This document shows positions 44,633 through 53,537 of a stretch of 64,000 nucleotides of DNA, in pieces. Under the pieces are notes generated by a model, which worked only from the letters and a program-made list of their open reading frames with translations, was not told where the DNA came from and searched no databases. Source of the stretch: Candidatus Eiseniibacteriota bacterium (lineage in GTDB: Bacteria > Eisenbacteria > RBG-16-71-46 > SZUA-252); the NCBI GenBank assembly GCA_036505295.1, contig DASXTQ010000093.1, positions 5,900-69,899 on the forward strand. The letters run 5' to 3'. Position 1 is the stretch's first letter. Every line of letters begins with the position of its first letter. The position numbers were made by a program, and so were the translations under genes.

Positions 44633-45406
44633 TCAGGGCAGGAACGATCGATAGAGCCGGAAGAGCGAATCCCCATAGAGGCAGAGCGCGATCGCGGCCG
44701 GCGCCAGGAATGTTCCGAAGGGAATCGCGGTGCGCCGTGAGCCCTTGCCGAGCGCGATGAGCAGGATCCCGAAAACCGAGCCCGCGAGCGAGGCGAGGAA
44801 GATCGCACCGAAGACGCCGCCGACTCCCAGGAAGGCGCCCATCATCGCGGCGAGCTTGACGTCGCCCCCTCCCATCCCCGGCACGCTCGTCGCGCGTTCG
44901 TAGAGGGTGCCCACGAGCCACAGGCTCACCCCCCCGCAGAGCGCGCCCAAGAGAGCCGCCGCCAGCCCCGGCGGCGCGAAAAGGCTCGCGGCCAGACCCA
45001 GGCCCACGCCCGGGATCGTGACGACGTCGGGAATCGTTCGCGTATCGAGATCGATCCACGCGATCGCGAGAAGCGCAAGGAGGAACGCGGCCTGAGGCAC
45101 CAGCAGCAGGGGATCCCCCACCCGCCGGACGAGCAACCAGAGCAGGAGGCCCGAGAGAAGCTCGACGACCGGGTAACGCCACGAGATCTTCCGCCTGCAA
45201 TGACGGCATCGGCCGCGAAGGATCACAAACGAGAGGATCGGCACGTTGTCCCAGGGGCGGATCCGCTTCTTGCATCGGGGGCAGCGCGACGGAGGGGTCA
45301 CGATGGACTCCCCGCGGGGCAGCCTCGCGATCACGACGTTGAGGAAACTCCCGAGGACGAGCCCGAGCGCGAACGCGGATGCCTGGATGAAGAGCTCGGG
45401 GTTCAT
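44633..45406 (-). CDS. pilD: Prepilin peptidase / N-methyltransferase PilD (A24 family)
   Basis: 257 aa from MNPELF. Has Zn-Cys motifs CPRCKKRI...CRHCRRKI and catalytic Asp motifs WIDLDTRTIPD and GMGGGDVKL. The tracked 155-codon upstream extension is rejected. Confidence 0.9.
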   Translation of the reverse strand: MNPELFIQASAFALGLVLGSFLNVVIARLPRGESIVTPPSRCPRCKKRIRPWDNVPILSFVILRGRCRHCRRKISWRYPVVELLSGLLLWLLVRRVGDPLLLVPQAAFLLALLAIAWIDLDTRTIPDVVTIPGVGLGLAASLFAPPGLAAALLGALCGGVSLWLVGTLYERATSVPGMGGGDVKLAAMMGAFLGVGGVFGAIFLASLAGSVFGILLIALGKGSRRTAIPFGTFLAPAAIALCLYGDSLFRLYRSFLP

Positions 45407-46068
45407 CAGATCGCCCCCAATCGCCGGAGCTCGCGTTGGGCGACCTCCTGCATGTATTTGTTCCCGGTCGCCAGCACGTGTTTCCACAGGAGGATTGCCA
45501 TTCCCGTGTTCCCCGCACGCTGATTGGCAAACGCCGCGAAGCGCTCGACGTACTCCTCGTGGCCGGGCATACGGCTGGCCAGCGTGAAGTAGCGTGCCGC
45601 CGAAGCGGCATCGTGCCGGCAGACGTAGTGGAGAAATCCGATCTCGAACGCGATCCTCCAGTCCGAGGGGTTGGCGCGCATGCCGCGCTCCAGGAGCTCC
45701 AGCCCGCGCTCGGGCCGATTCATTTCCTGCGCGAGCACGAACGCTCCGAAGACGTACGGCTGGACGAATCGCGGATCCAGCTCCGTGACGATATCCATCA
45801 CGTGCCCGATCATCTCGAACTTCTGGTCCGAGAGCCGGTGCTCGCCGTAATACTGAATGCCGCGCAGCCACGCGACATCCGCCGCGGCGGTCTCATACCC
45901 GAGCGTCGCCTGGCGCACCATGAACCCCGAGGGATAGTAGAGAAGCTCCTCCTCCCGGACTTTCTCAAGACGGGGCCGCGCGGCCTGGTGCACGAACGCC
46001 GCCGACGTCACAAGGAGCAACGCCAGCGCGAACCCCACGAGAAAGCCTCGATCGAGCCTGGCGATCAA
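45406..46068 (-). CDS. Hypothetical membrane-anchored helical-repeat (TPR-like) protein, possible PilG-type accessory factor of the pilus ABC system
   Basis: The proposed TTG start at 46068 overlaps the permease stop (TTGA). It has the TM helix FLVGFALALLLVTSAAF followed by alpha-helical repeats. The stop overlaps the pilD ATG by 1 nt. I recognise no family. Confidence 0.5.
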   Translation of the reverse strand: MIARLDRGFLVGFALALLLVTSAAFVHQAARPRLEKVREEELLYYPSGFMVRQATLGYETAAADVAWLRGIQYYGEHRLSDQKFEMIGHVMDIVTELDPRFVQPYVFGAFVLAQEMNRPERGLELLERGMRANPSDWRIAFEIGFLHYVCRHDAASAARYFTLASRMPGHEEYVERFAAFANQRAGNTGMAILLWKHVLATGNKYMQEVAQRELRRLGAI

Positions 46069-46832
46069 CGGAACTCCCGGCGCCGGAAGATGGTCCCGGC
46101 CAAGATCACGATCCCGCCCGCATAGAGCGCTCCGTACGCGAATGCAAACCCGAGCCGTTCCGGCTCCACGGCGATACCGTGCGCCACGAGCCCCCGAGCG
46201 TTGAAGACGCCCAGGTGCGGAAGCGTCCAGTACGCGGCCTCCGCGAGCGCCTGGACGCCCACGGGAGCGCCTTGCGACGCGAAGAAGCGCAGGTCCTCGG
46301 CGAAATGCCCCGAGACCACGGCCGCGACCGCGAAGAAGGCCGTCAGAGCAGGCGTCGTGAACGAGGAGAACAAGACCACGATCGCGGTCACGATCGAGAG
46401 CTCCATCACGCTGAGCCCGACGGCGCCGAAGACGGGCCACGGTGTGGCGCCGTACGCGACGGTCACGACCGCGGCCAGAATGCCGGCCATGGAGATGAGG
46501 AGCATTGATGTCGTGAACCAGAGCCCCAGGAACTTCCCAACCAGAAACTCTTCCCGGCGGATCGGCTTGGCGAGAATGGCATAGACGGTCCGGCGCTCGA
46601 GCTCCTTGTGGAGGAGGCTCGACCCGAGGAAAACCGTGAGGAGCGTCGCCAGGATGCTGGATCCCGCGAGCCCGAAATCGATCACGACCTTGCGCCCCTC
46701 CCCCAGCGCGAGCGGGGAGAGCGCCTGGGAGGCGACCACGAGCGCCAGGCCGAAGAGCGCCAGGATAAGGACGACCCGCTCACGCACGACCTCGCGAAGG
46801 GTGTTCCGCGCGATGGCAATGACGCGGCTCAT
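46065..46832 (-). CDS. ABC-2 type transporter permease
   Basis: 255 aa from MSRVIAIARNTLREVVRERVVLIL, with six hydrophobic segments. Its ATG overlaps the ATPase stop (ATGA). Confidence 0.8.
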   Translation of the reverse strand: MSRVIAIARNTLREVVRERVVLILALFGLALVVASQALSPLALGEGRKVVIDFGLAGSSILATLLTVFLGSSLLHKELERRTVYAILAKPIRREEFLVGKFLGLWFTTSMLLISMAGILAAVVTVAYGATPWPVFGAVGLSVMELSIVTAIVVLFSSFTTPALTAFFAVAAVVSGHFAEDLRFFASQGAPVGVQALAEAAYWTLPHLGVFNARGLVAHGIAVEPERLGFAFAYGALYAGGIVILAGTIFRRREFR

Positions 46833-47878
46833 GAGCGCCCCATGCCTTCCCGTCCCGAGGCAGTCCCAACACCGTCGGCCTCGAGCACGCGCATGAAGTA
46901 TTCTTCGAGGCTCTGCCGACGCGGCTCGACGGATCGGATGAAGACCCGCTCCTCGGTCAGGGCGCGAAGGATCCCCTGTAACGCTCCGGCGTCCGAGACC
47001 CTCACGACCCAGCGCGAACCGACGCAATCGACCCGGTGCCCGGCCTCGCGCAGAAGCGACATCTGGTCGGGCAGCGCGTCCATTGTGATTTCCCACTCGA
47101 GCACGTCCGATTCGAGAATCGCCTTCACCGATCCCATCTCGAGGACGCGGCCCCGATGGAGTATCGCGACGCGGTCGCAGAGCGGTTCTGTTTCCGCGAG
47201 CACGTGCGAGGTCATGAGAATGGTTGCGCCGCGGGCCCGCTCCTCCCTCAAGATGTGTTTCACGTCGGCTCGGCCGATCGGATCGAGCCCCGACATCGGC
47301 TCGTCCAGGACGAGGACCGCCGGCTCGTTGAGGAGGGCCTGGCAGAGTCCGAGGCGCTGGGTCATCCCCTTCGAGAACTTGCGGAGCGCCTTTCGGCCGT
47401 GCAGGCGAAGGCCCAGCCGCTCCAGGAGCGCGTCGGCGCGCCGACGGACCGTCCGAGGATCGATGCCGAAGAGCGCGCCCACGAGGCCCAGGTATTCCTG
47501 CGCGGTGAGGTGGTCGTAGAAGCAGGGGTTCTCCGGAAGGTATCCCAGACGCCTCCGTGCGGTGGGATCCTGGGGGTCGCGTCCTTCGAGCCGAATCGTC
47601 CCGCGGGTGGGCCGGGTCAGTCCGAGGATCATCTTGATGGTCGAGGTCTTTCCCGCGCCGTTCGGCCCCAGAAGCCCGAAGATCTCACCCGGCTCGAGGC
47701 TGAGCGAGACACCGTCGACGGCGGTGAACGGCTTCAAGGTCATCGGGTCGCGGTAGACCTTGGAGACGCCGTCCAATAGGATCGTCGGAAGCGGTGCCAC
47801 TTCCCGCAAAGGGCTTCGGGCGGCCGCCTCGGCCGCCCAACCGGGCCTGCCGCGCGAGTCGTCCCGGTCTCGGCTCAT
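46829..47878 (-). CDS. ABC transporter ATP-binding protein
   Basis: Walker A GLLGPNGAGKTS, Q-loop, signature FSKGMTQRLG, Walker B VLVLDEPMSGLD and H-loop TSH. Confidence 0.9.
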   Translation of the reverse strand: MSRDRDDSRGRPGWAAEAAARSPLREVAPLPTILLDGVSKVYRDPMTLKPFTAVDGVSLSLEPGEIFGLLGPNGAGKTSTIKMILGLTRPTRGTIRLEGRDPQDPTARRRLGYLPENPCFYDHLTAQEYLGLVGALFGIDPRTVRRRADALLERLGLRLHGRKALRKFSKGMTQRLGLCQALLNEPAVLVLDEPMSGLDPIGRADVKHILREERARGATILMTSHVLAETEPLCDRVAILHRGRVLEMGSVKAILESDVLEWEITMDALPDQMSLLREAGHRVDCVGSRWVVRVSDAGALQGILRALTEERVFIRSVEPRRQSLEEYFMRVLEADGVGTASGREGMGRS

Positions 47879-47928
47879 GATCTCGAAATCCCCCCAGAGT
47901 TCTCGAACCTCATTCCACGCCCGCGAAC

Positions 47929-47944
47929 CGCAAGTGCCATGCCA
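47929..47944 (-). promoter_or_regulatory. Sigma-54 promoter upstream of the ABC/pilD operon (TGGCAT-GGCAC-TTGCG)
   Basis: The minus strand reads gTGGCATggcacTTGCGgt, 50 nt upstream of the ATG at 47878 and 46 nt downstream of the pilA terminator. Confidence 0.6.
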
Positions 47945-47990
47945 CTCGCTGGAGATGGGGCCGCGGGCGGCCCGGTGCGGCTATCCTTCA

Positions 47991-48034
47991 TAAAATGAAA
48001 AGGCGGCAGTCGCGTTGGAACGCGATCTGCCGCC
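47991..48034 (-). terminator. Rho-independent terminator after the tandem pilin genes
   Basis: The minus strand reads GGCGGCAGatcgcgttccaacgcgaCTGCCGCC followed by TTTTCATTTTAT. It has an 8-bp GC stem plus an inner CGCG pairing. It begins 17 nt after the pilA stop. Confidence 0.78.
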
Positions 48035-48051
48035 CGGTACTTGATCGGCGA

Positions 48052-48462
48052 TTAGCCGTTGGTCAACGAGAGCGGCAGGATCGCACTCTTGCCGAAGCCC
48101 GTGATCGTGTAGCCGGTCGTCGTCGCGTTCGTCGCGAAACGACCGAGGGTCGCCGCGGCGCCAGCCCACGTCTCGGGGGCCTCGTTCGCGACACCTGTGA
48201 ACGGATTTCTCGGCCAGTTACCGCTCGGCAGATTCGCCTGCACGAGCGCGGCGTTCGCCGCCACCGGGTAGGTACCCGTGTTCTTGACCGCGTAGTCTTC
48301 CACCGCCAGCTGGAAGCTGTGCATGTTCGCCTTCACGCTGGCTTCGCGTGCGCGGTCCTGCATGGCGATGAAGTTGGGAATCGCGATCGCTGCAAGAATC
48401 CCGATGATCACGACGACAATCATCAGCTCGATCAGCGTGAAACCTTTTTGATTGCGAAACAT
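48052..48462 (-). CDS. pilA: Type IVa major pilin PilA, downstream copy
   Basis: 136 aa: MFRNQKG|FTLIELMIVVVIIGILAAIAIPNFIAMQDRAREASVKANM... A GGAGGAAC SD precedes the ATG at 48462. Confidence 0.9.
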   Translation of the reverse strand: MFRNQKGFTLIELMIVVVIIGILAAIAIPNFIAMQDRAREASVKANMHSFQLAVEDYAVKNTGTYPVAANAALVQANLPSGNWPRNPFTGVANEAPETWAGAAATLGRFATNATTTGYTITGFGKSAILPLSLTNG

Positions 48463-48482
48463 AGTTCCTCCGATGTCCTTGA

Positions 48483-48893
48483 TTAGCCGTTGGTCAACGA
48501 GAGCGGCAGGATCGCACTCTTGCCGAAGCCGGTGATCGTGTAGCCGGTCGTCGTCGAGTTCGTCGCGAAACGACCGAGGGTCGCCGCGGCGCCAGCCCAC
48601 GTCTCGGGGGCCTCATTCAGAACGCCCGAAAACGGGTTTTTCGGCCAGTTACCGCCCGGGAAATTGCCCTGCACCTGAGCGGCATCCGCCGCCACCGGGT
48701 ACGTCCCGCTGCTTTTCACCGCGAAGTCCTCGATCGCCAGCTGGAAGCTATGCATGTTCGCCTTCACGCTGGCTTCGCGTGCGCGGTCCTGCATGGCGAT
48801 GAAGTTGGGAATCGCGATCGCCGCAAGAATCCCGATGATCACGACGACGATCATCAGCTCGATGAGGGTGAAGCCCTTCGAGTTCCTCTCCAT
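48483..48893 (-). CDS. pilA: Type IVa major pilin PilA, upstream copy
   Basis: 136 aa: MERNSKG|FTLIELMIVVVIIGILAAIAIPNF... It lies 75 nt downstream of a sigma-54 promoter. Confidence 0.9.
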   Translation of the reverse strand: MERNSKGFTLIELMIVVVIIGILAAIAIPNFIAMQDRAREASVKANMHSFQLAIEDFAVKSSGTYPVAADAAQVQGNFPGGNWPKNPFSGVLNEAPETWAGAAATLGRFATNSTTTGYTITGFGKSAILPLSLTNG

Positions 48894-48968
48894 GATGCTG
48901 CACCTCCCTTCAGGTCCCGCCATCCCTGACGTGATCAGCGTCCGTCCAACCTTACCGGACGAGATCAC

Positions 48969-48984
48969 AGCAACGGACATGCCA
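48969..48984 (-). promoter_or_regulatory. Sigma-54 promoter of pilA (TGGCAT-GTCCG-TTGCT)
   Basis: The minus strand reads gTGGCATgtccgTTGCTgt. pilA is a classical PilR/RpoN target in several species, and pilR lies immediately upstream. Confidence 0.8.
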
Positions 48985-49102
48985 CAGCGCAGCCCGCTCC
49001 CTTATGGGGAGCTATCGCTTGCACTTCCGCGCGCGGCATGGACGGGGCCGGACTCCGGAGATGCGCGTTCCGCGCAGGATGCACGCGGGTCGCCGTCCAT
49101 TC

Positions 49103-49114
49103 TGCATATTGCAT
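49103..49114. promoter_or_regulatory. Candidate enhancer (UAS) box TGCATATTGCAT
   Basis: It lies 118 nt upstream of the pilA -24 element. A weaker inverted copy, ATCAATTTGCGA, sits at 49132-49143. Confidence 0.45.
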
Positions 49115-49148
49115 GATTCAACGTCACGGCGATCAATTTGCGACCGCC

Positions 49149-50549
49149 TCACTCCGACAACATGCCCACGCTTTCCTTGAGCAACCCGTACGAGATGAGC
49201 TTTCGGTAGAGCGTCGATGGATTGATTCCGAGGATTTCCGAGGCCCGTTTCTTCTGACCGCCGGTGTGGTGGAGCACCTTGAGGATGTACTCCCGCTCCA
49301 ATTCCTCGAGCGTGAGATTGGGGTTGTCGATGACCAGGCTGCCCCGGCCCTTGCCGCCCTGGACGACGCGCTCGGGGAGATCCTCGGGCGTTATGACGCC
49401 GTCGTCGGTCAGGATGACGGCACGTTCGATCACGTTTTCGAGCTCCCGCACGTTCCCGGGCCAGTCGTAGACCATCAAGCAATCCCGCGCCTCCTTCGAG
49501 ATCGCCTTCATCTCCTTTGGACCGGCGAGCTTCTTCAGGAAGTGATCCACCATTTCCTCGATGTCTTCCTTGCGCTCGCGCAGGGCCGGAAGGCGGATCT
49601 GGATGACGTTCAGACGATAGAAGAGATCGGCGCGGAAGCGTCCCTCCGCGACCGCCCGCTCCAGGTCGGCATTGGTCGCCGCGATCAAGCGGACGTCGAT
49701 CTTCCGCGGTTTCGTGCCGCCGACCGGGATGATTTCCCGCTCCTGTAATGCCCGGAGGAGCTTGACCTGCGTCGCGGGCAGGGTCTCGCCCACTTCGTCC
49801 AGGAAGAACGAGCCGCCTCCTGCGACCGCGAGGAGCCCCTCCTGGTCGCGCACCGCGCCCGTGAAGGACCCCTTCACGTGTCCGAACAAGTTGCTCTCGA
49901 GGAGGTCCTTGGGGAGGGCGCCGCAATTGATGGACACGAACGGTCCGTCGGCGCGCCGGCTCATATAATGGATGCGCTTCGCGATGAGCTCCTTGCCGGT
50001 TCCGCTGTCCCCCACGATGAGAATGGTCGAATCCGAATCGGCGACCTTTTCGACCAGCTTCAGGACCTTCTGGATCTGCTCGCTGTGCCCGATGATCTCC
50101 TTGGTGTCGTCGGTGCGCTTCAACTGCCGCTTCAAATAGACGTTTTCCGACTGGACCCGGCGCATGGCGATCGCGTTCTTGATCACCAGGCGGATCTCGT
50201 CATTCTTCGCGCTCTTCTCGAGATACTGGTAGGCTCCGCGGTTGAGCGCCTCGATGGCGGATTTCTGCGACGCGAACGCGGTCCGGATCACAACCGGGAT
50301 GCTCGGATCCAGCTTCTTGATACCGGACAGCACGCCCAGCCCGTCGATTTCACCCGGCATCTTGATGTCCGTCACGACGACGTCGAAGTTCTCTTCCTCC
50401 GCCTTCTGGAGGGCGTCGCGTCCCGAGGTGGCCACGTGCACTTCGTATCCTTCCTTGGAGAGAAGGATCGAAAGAAACTGGACCATGCTCTCTTCGTCAT
50501 CGACCACCAGAATTTTTTCGCCGCTCACCTGATCTACCTCGCTCGACAA
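49149..50549 (-). CDS. pilR: Sigma-54-dependent response regulator PilR (NtrC family)
   Basis: Receiver domain (ILVVDDEE...DIKMPG), AAA+ domain (GDSGTGKE, GSFTGA loop, ESNLFGH) and a C-terminal Fis-type HTH (ASEILGINPSTLYRKL). Confidence 0.9.
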   Translation of the reverse strand: MSSEVDQVSGEKILVVDDEESMVQFLSILLSKEGYEVHVATSGRDALQKAEEENFDVVVTDIKMPGEIDGLGVLSGIKKLDPSIPVVIRTAFASQKSAIEALNRGAYQYLEKSAKNDEIRLVIKNAIAMRRVQSENVYLKRQLKRTDDTKEIIGHSEQIQKVLKLVEKVADSDSTILIVGDSGTGKELIAKRIHYMSRRADGPFVSINCGALPKDLLESNLFGHVKGSFTGAVRDQEGLLAVAGGGSFFLDEVGETLPATQVKLLRALQEREIIPVGGTKPRKIDVRLIAATNADLERAVAEGRFRADLFYRLNVIQIRLPALRERKEDIEEMVDHFLKKLAGPKEMKAISKEARDCLMVYDWPGNVRELENVIERAVILTDDGVITPEDLPERVVQGGKGRGSLVIDNPNLTLEELEREYILKVLHHTGGQKKRASEILGINPSTLYRKLISYGLLKESVGMLSE

Positions 50550-50553
50550 GGGG

Positions 50554-52281
50554 TTACGCCGCGTGGGCGACGGTCCGCGCCGTGCTCGTTGCTCTCGGGA
50601 TCCACACCCTCATGGTCGTTCCCGCTCCGAGACGGCTCTCAACCTCCATGGCGCCTCCATGGCGCTCCACGATCCGGTTGGCGATTGCAAGTCCCAGCCC
50701 GGTGCCGCCCCGTTTCGTGGAGTAAAACGGCTCGAAAATCAGCTCGATTTCCGGCGTCGGGATGCCGATCCCGTTGTCCTGCACTTCGACACAGACCAAG
50801 GATGGCGAGGTCTCGCGCGCCCTGGCGGCCGGTTTCTGCCGCCGGGCGTCGATCCGCACCTCGACCCGTCCGTCCGCCTCGACCGCCTCGAGCGCATTCA
50901 GGATCAAATTCATCAGCACTTGTCTCATCTGCTCGGAATCAACGTGCACATGTACATCCTCGCCCTGGCCGGTGAGACGCAGGGTCTTGCCTTCCGCGCT
51001 TGGATGGCGCTGAGCTACATCGACCGTGTCCTTGAGCAGCGCGTCCAGATCCAGCGTCTCGCACTTGAGCGGCCGCTCGCGCGCATAGTCGAGCAACTCG
51101 CGGATGAAGTTGTCGAGGCGCTCCGATTCCCTCACGATCAGGTCCAGGAGCCTCGCGTTCTCGCCCTTGACCTTGAGCTCACGCTGCAGGACCTCGACCG
51201 AACCGCTGATCGGGTTGAGGCAATTCCGGATCTCGTGGGCGATCCCGGCCGAGAGCTCTCCGATCGCCGCGAGGGTCTCGCGCCGGCGGATCCGCTCTTC
51301 CAGGGCCCGCACGTCGGAGAGATCCTGGAACAGGCCGATCACCCCGCGCCTCCTCCCATCCGGGTCGCGCAAGAGGCTTGTCGACATGCCGAGCGGCACC
51401 TTCGTTCCGTCCGGCCTCACGATCGAGATCGCCACGCGGCTCCCCTCGGTCCCTTGCTCGAGCGCCTCGCGGAGGCGCTCCGTGAATTCCTTGAAGCCCG
51501 GCCCGAATGCGTCCACGTAAGGTTGGCCGCGCATCGCGACGACCGGGCAGGCAGCGATTTCCGACGCCGCCCGATTCCAGTGCCGCACGATTCCGTCCGC
51601 GTCCACCGTGACAAGCCCGCTCGACATGTTCTCCAAGATGCTCTCCGTGTCGAAAAGCGCCCGGTTCAGCTCCGCCTGTGCATCCGCCAGTGCCTGGCGT
51701 CCCTCGTTCAGCCGCCGTCCCAGGTAGCCCCCGATCACCCCGACGACGAAGAGGAGCGGGACGTACAGGAGCATTCGCAGCAAGAGCGCCGAGTCGCCCA
51801 AGCCTTGCATCAGCCCGAACGGCGTCGTCGGCATCAGCCCCTGCCGGCCCGCCAGGTAGAACCCGGCGTAGGCCAGGGAGGACAGCGCCGCCAAGAGCAC
51901 CCCGCCCCCCACGGAGAGGAACACCCCCCCGAGGAGCGGGGACAGGAGGTAGAGCGGCACGAACTGGCTTTCCGCCCCTCCCGTGAAGAACACGAGGTAT
52001 GACGTCGTGGCCACGTCCACCAGAAACTGGGTGGCCAGCAAATTTCTGGAATCGCCGCCGCTCTTCAACACCCGGTGGTAGGCGAGCGCCAGTCCAACCA
52101 CCGTGATCATGAAGAATCCGAACGGGAACTGCCGTTCGTCCCCGGACGAACTCCCCGAGAAGACCACCGCCATCGCGGTGACCAGCCCGAGCAAGGCAAC
52201 GCGCCCCAGGATGACGGCCTGGACCGCGATGCCTAAATCCAGATCCCCCTCGACACTCGAGTCTGGGCGACGCGCCGCCAT
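50554..52281 (-). CDS. pilS: Sensor histidine kinase PilS (polytopic N-terminus, PAS, HisKA, HATPase)
   Basis: About six TM segments, a PAS-like region, H box GIAHEIRNCLNPI, N box NLILNALEA, G1 VQDNGIGI and G2 GTGLGLAIA. Confidence 0.85.
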   Translation of the reverse strand: MAARRPDSSVEGDLDLGIAVQAVILGRVALLGLVTAMAVVFSGSSSGDERQFPFGFFMITVVGLALAYHRVLKSGGDSRNLLATQFLVDVATTSYLVFFTGGAESQFVPLYLLSPLLGGVFLSVGGGVLLAALSSLAYAGFYLAGRQGLMPTTPFGLMQGLGDSALLLRMLLYVPLLFVVGVIGGYLGRRLNEGRQALADAQAELNRALFDTESILENMSSGLVTVDADGIVRHWNRAASEIAACPVVAMRGQPYVDAFGPGFKEFTERLREALEQGTEGSRVAISIVRPDGTKVPLGMSTSLLRDPDGRRRGVIGLFQDLSDVRALEERIRRRETLAAIGELSAGIAHEIRNCLNPISGSVEVLQRELKVKGENARLLDLIVRESERLDNFIRELLDYARERPLKCETLDLDALLKDTVDVAQRHPSAEGKTLRLTGQGEDVHVHVDSEQMRQVLMNLILNALEAVEADGRVEVRIDARRQKPAARARETSPSLVCVEVQDNGIGIPTPEIELIFEPFYSTKRGGTGLGLAIANRIVERHGGAMEVESRLGAGTTMRVWIPRATSTARTVAHAA

Positions 52282-52289
52282 CGTCTGAT

Positions 52290-53513
52290 CTAGTGCCCGC
52301 CCGCGACGACGTTGATCAGCTTGAACATTGGCAGATACATCGCGATCACCATCCCGCCGACAATCGTTCCCATGACGACGATCATGATCGGCTCGATGAG
52401 GGAGGTCAGCGAATCCACAGCCGTATCGACTTCGTCGTCGTAGAAATCCGCGATCCGGGTCAACATGTCGTCGAGCGCACCGGTCTCCTCGCCCACGGAG
52501 ATCATCTGCACGACCATCGGCGGAAACACGGCTGATTGGCGAAGCGGCGCGGAGATCGTCTCCCCCTCACGAATGCTCACCCGCGCGGCCATGATCGCGT
52601 TCTCGATCACGCGGTTTCCGGAGGTGCGGGCGGTGATATCGAGCCCGTTCAGAATCGGAACGCCCGAGGAGATCAGGGTCGAGAGCGTGCGCGTGAATCG
52701 GGCGACGGCGCCCTTGCGCAACACGTCCCCCAGGACCGGGATCTTGAGCAGAAGCGTGTCGATCTGGATCCGTCCCTTTTCGGTCAAGTAGTACCGCTGG
52801 ATGCCCACCACCGCGGCGATCATGCCTCCGACGAGCGCCCACCAGTACGAGCGCAGGAATGAGCTCAGGCCCATGACAATCTTGGTCGGGAGCGGCAGCT
52901 CGGCTCCGAATCCGCTGAACATCCTCGCGAAGGTAGGGATGATGAAGATGAGCATGAAGGAGGTGGCGAGCACGGCGACCGAGAGCACGACGGCCGGGTA
53001 GACCATCGCGCCCTTGATCTTCCGTTTGAGTGCTTCGGCCTTCTCGATGTAGGTCGCGAGGCGCTGGAGGATGTTGTCCAAGATACCGCCCGCCTCACCG
53101 GCCTCGACCATGTTCACGAAGAGCTCGTCGAACACCTTGCTGTGCTCCTTCTTCCCGAGCGCTTCGGCGAGCGTGGTCCCCGCCTCGACGTCGCGCATGA
53201 CCTGCCCGATGACGTGGCGAAATCCCTCCTTCTCGGTCTGCTTGGTGAGAATGTCCAGACACTGGACCAGGGGGAGCCCCGCATTGATCATGGTGGCGAA
53301 CTGACGTGTGAAAATGGCGAGATCGCGGGTCGTGACGCCCCCGCCGAGCTTGGGAAGCCCGAACTTGACCTCCGCCTTCTTCTCGCGCACGGAAGAGATG
53401 ATGATCCGGCGCTTGCGGAGCGCGGTGAGCGCCTCATCCTGCGAGTCCAGGGTCAGCTCGCCGGTCTGAATCTCCCCCGCGACCGTCCGCCCTTTCCAAA
53501 CGTAAACTGGCAC
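52290..53513 (-). CDS. pilC: Type IV pilus platform protein PilC (GspF family)
   Basis: 407-aa ORF with two GspF repeats. The termini are typical: MPVYVWKGR...FKLINVV. Confidence 0.93.
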   Translation of the reverse strand: MPVYVWKGRTVAGEIQTGELTLDSQDEALTALRKRRIIISSVREKKAEVKFGLPKLGGGVTTRDLAIFTRQFATMINAGLPLVQCLDILTKQTEKEGFRHVIGQVMRDVEAGTTLAEALGKKEHSKVFDELFVNMVEAGEAGGILDNILQRLATYIEKAEALKRKIKGAMVYPAVVLSVAVLATSFMLIFIIPTFARMFSGFGAELPLPTKIVMGLSSFLRSYWWALVGGMIAAVVGIQRYYLTEKGRIQIDTLLLKIPVLGDVLRKGAVARFTRTLSTLISSGVPILNGLDITARTSGNRVIENAIMAARVSIREGETISAPLRQSAVFPPMVVQMISVGEETGALDDMLTRIADFYDDEVDTAVDSLTSLIEPIMIVVMGTIVGGMVIAMYLPMFKLINVVAGGH

Positions 53514-53537
53514 CGCGTTCCCCCTTTTCAGCGCCCG

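Noticed and set aside
47981-48600. Duplicated alternative-frame ORFs beginning MGWRRGDPRSFRDE (47981-48169 and the N-terminus of 48052-48600)
   Set aside because: They are a by-product of the duplicated 3' pilin sequence read in another frame or through the upstream copy. The pilin frames with class III signal peptides explain the region.
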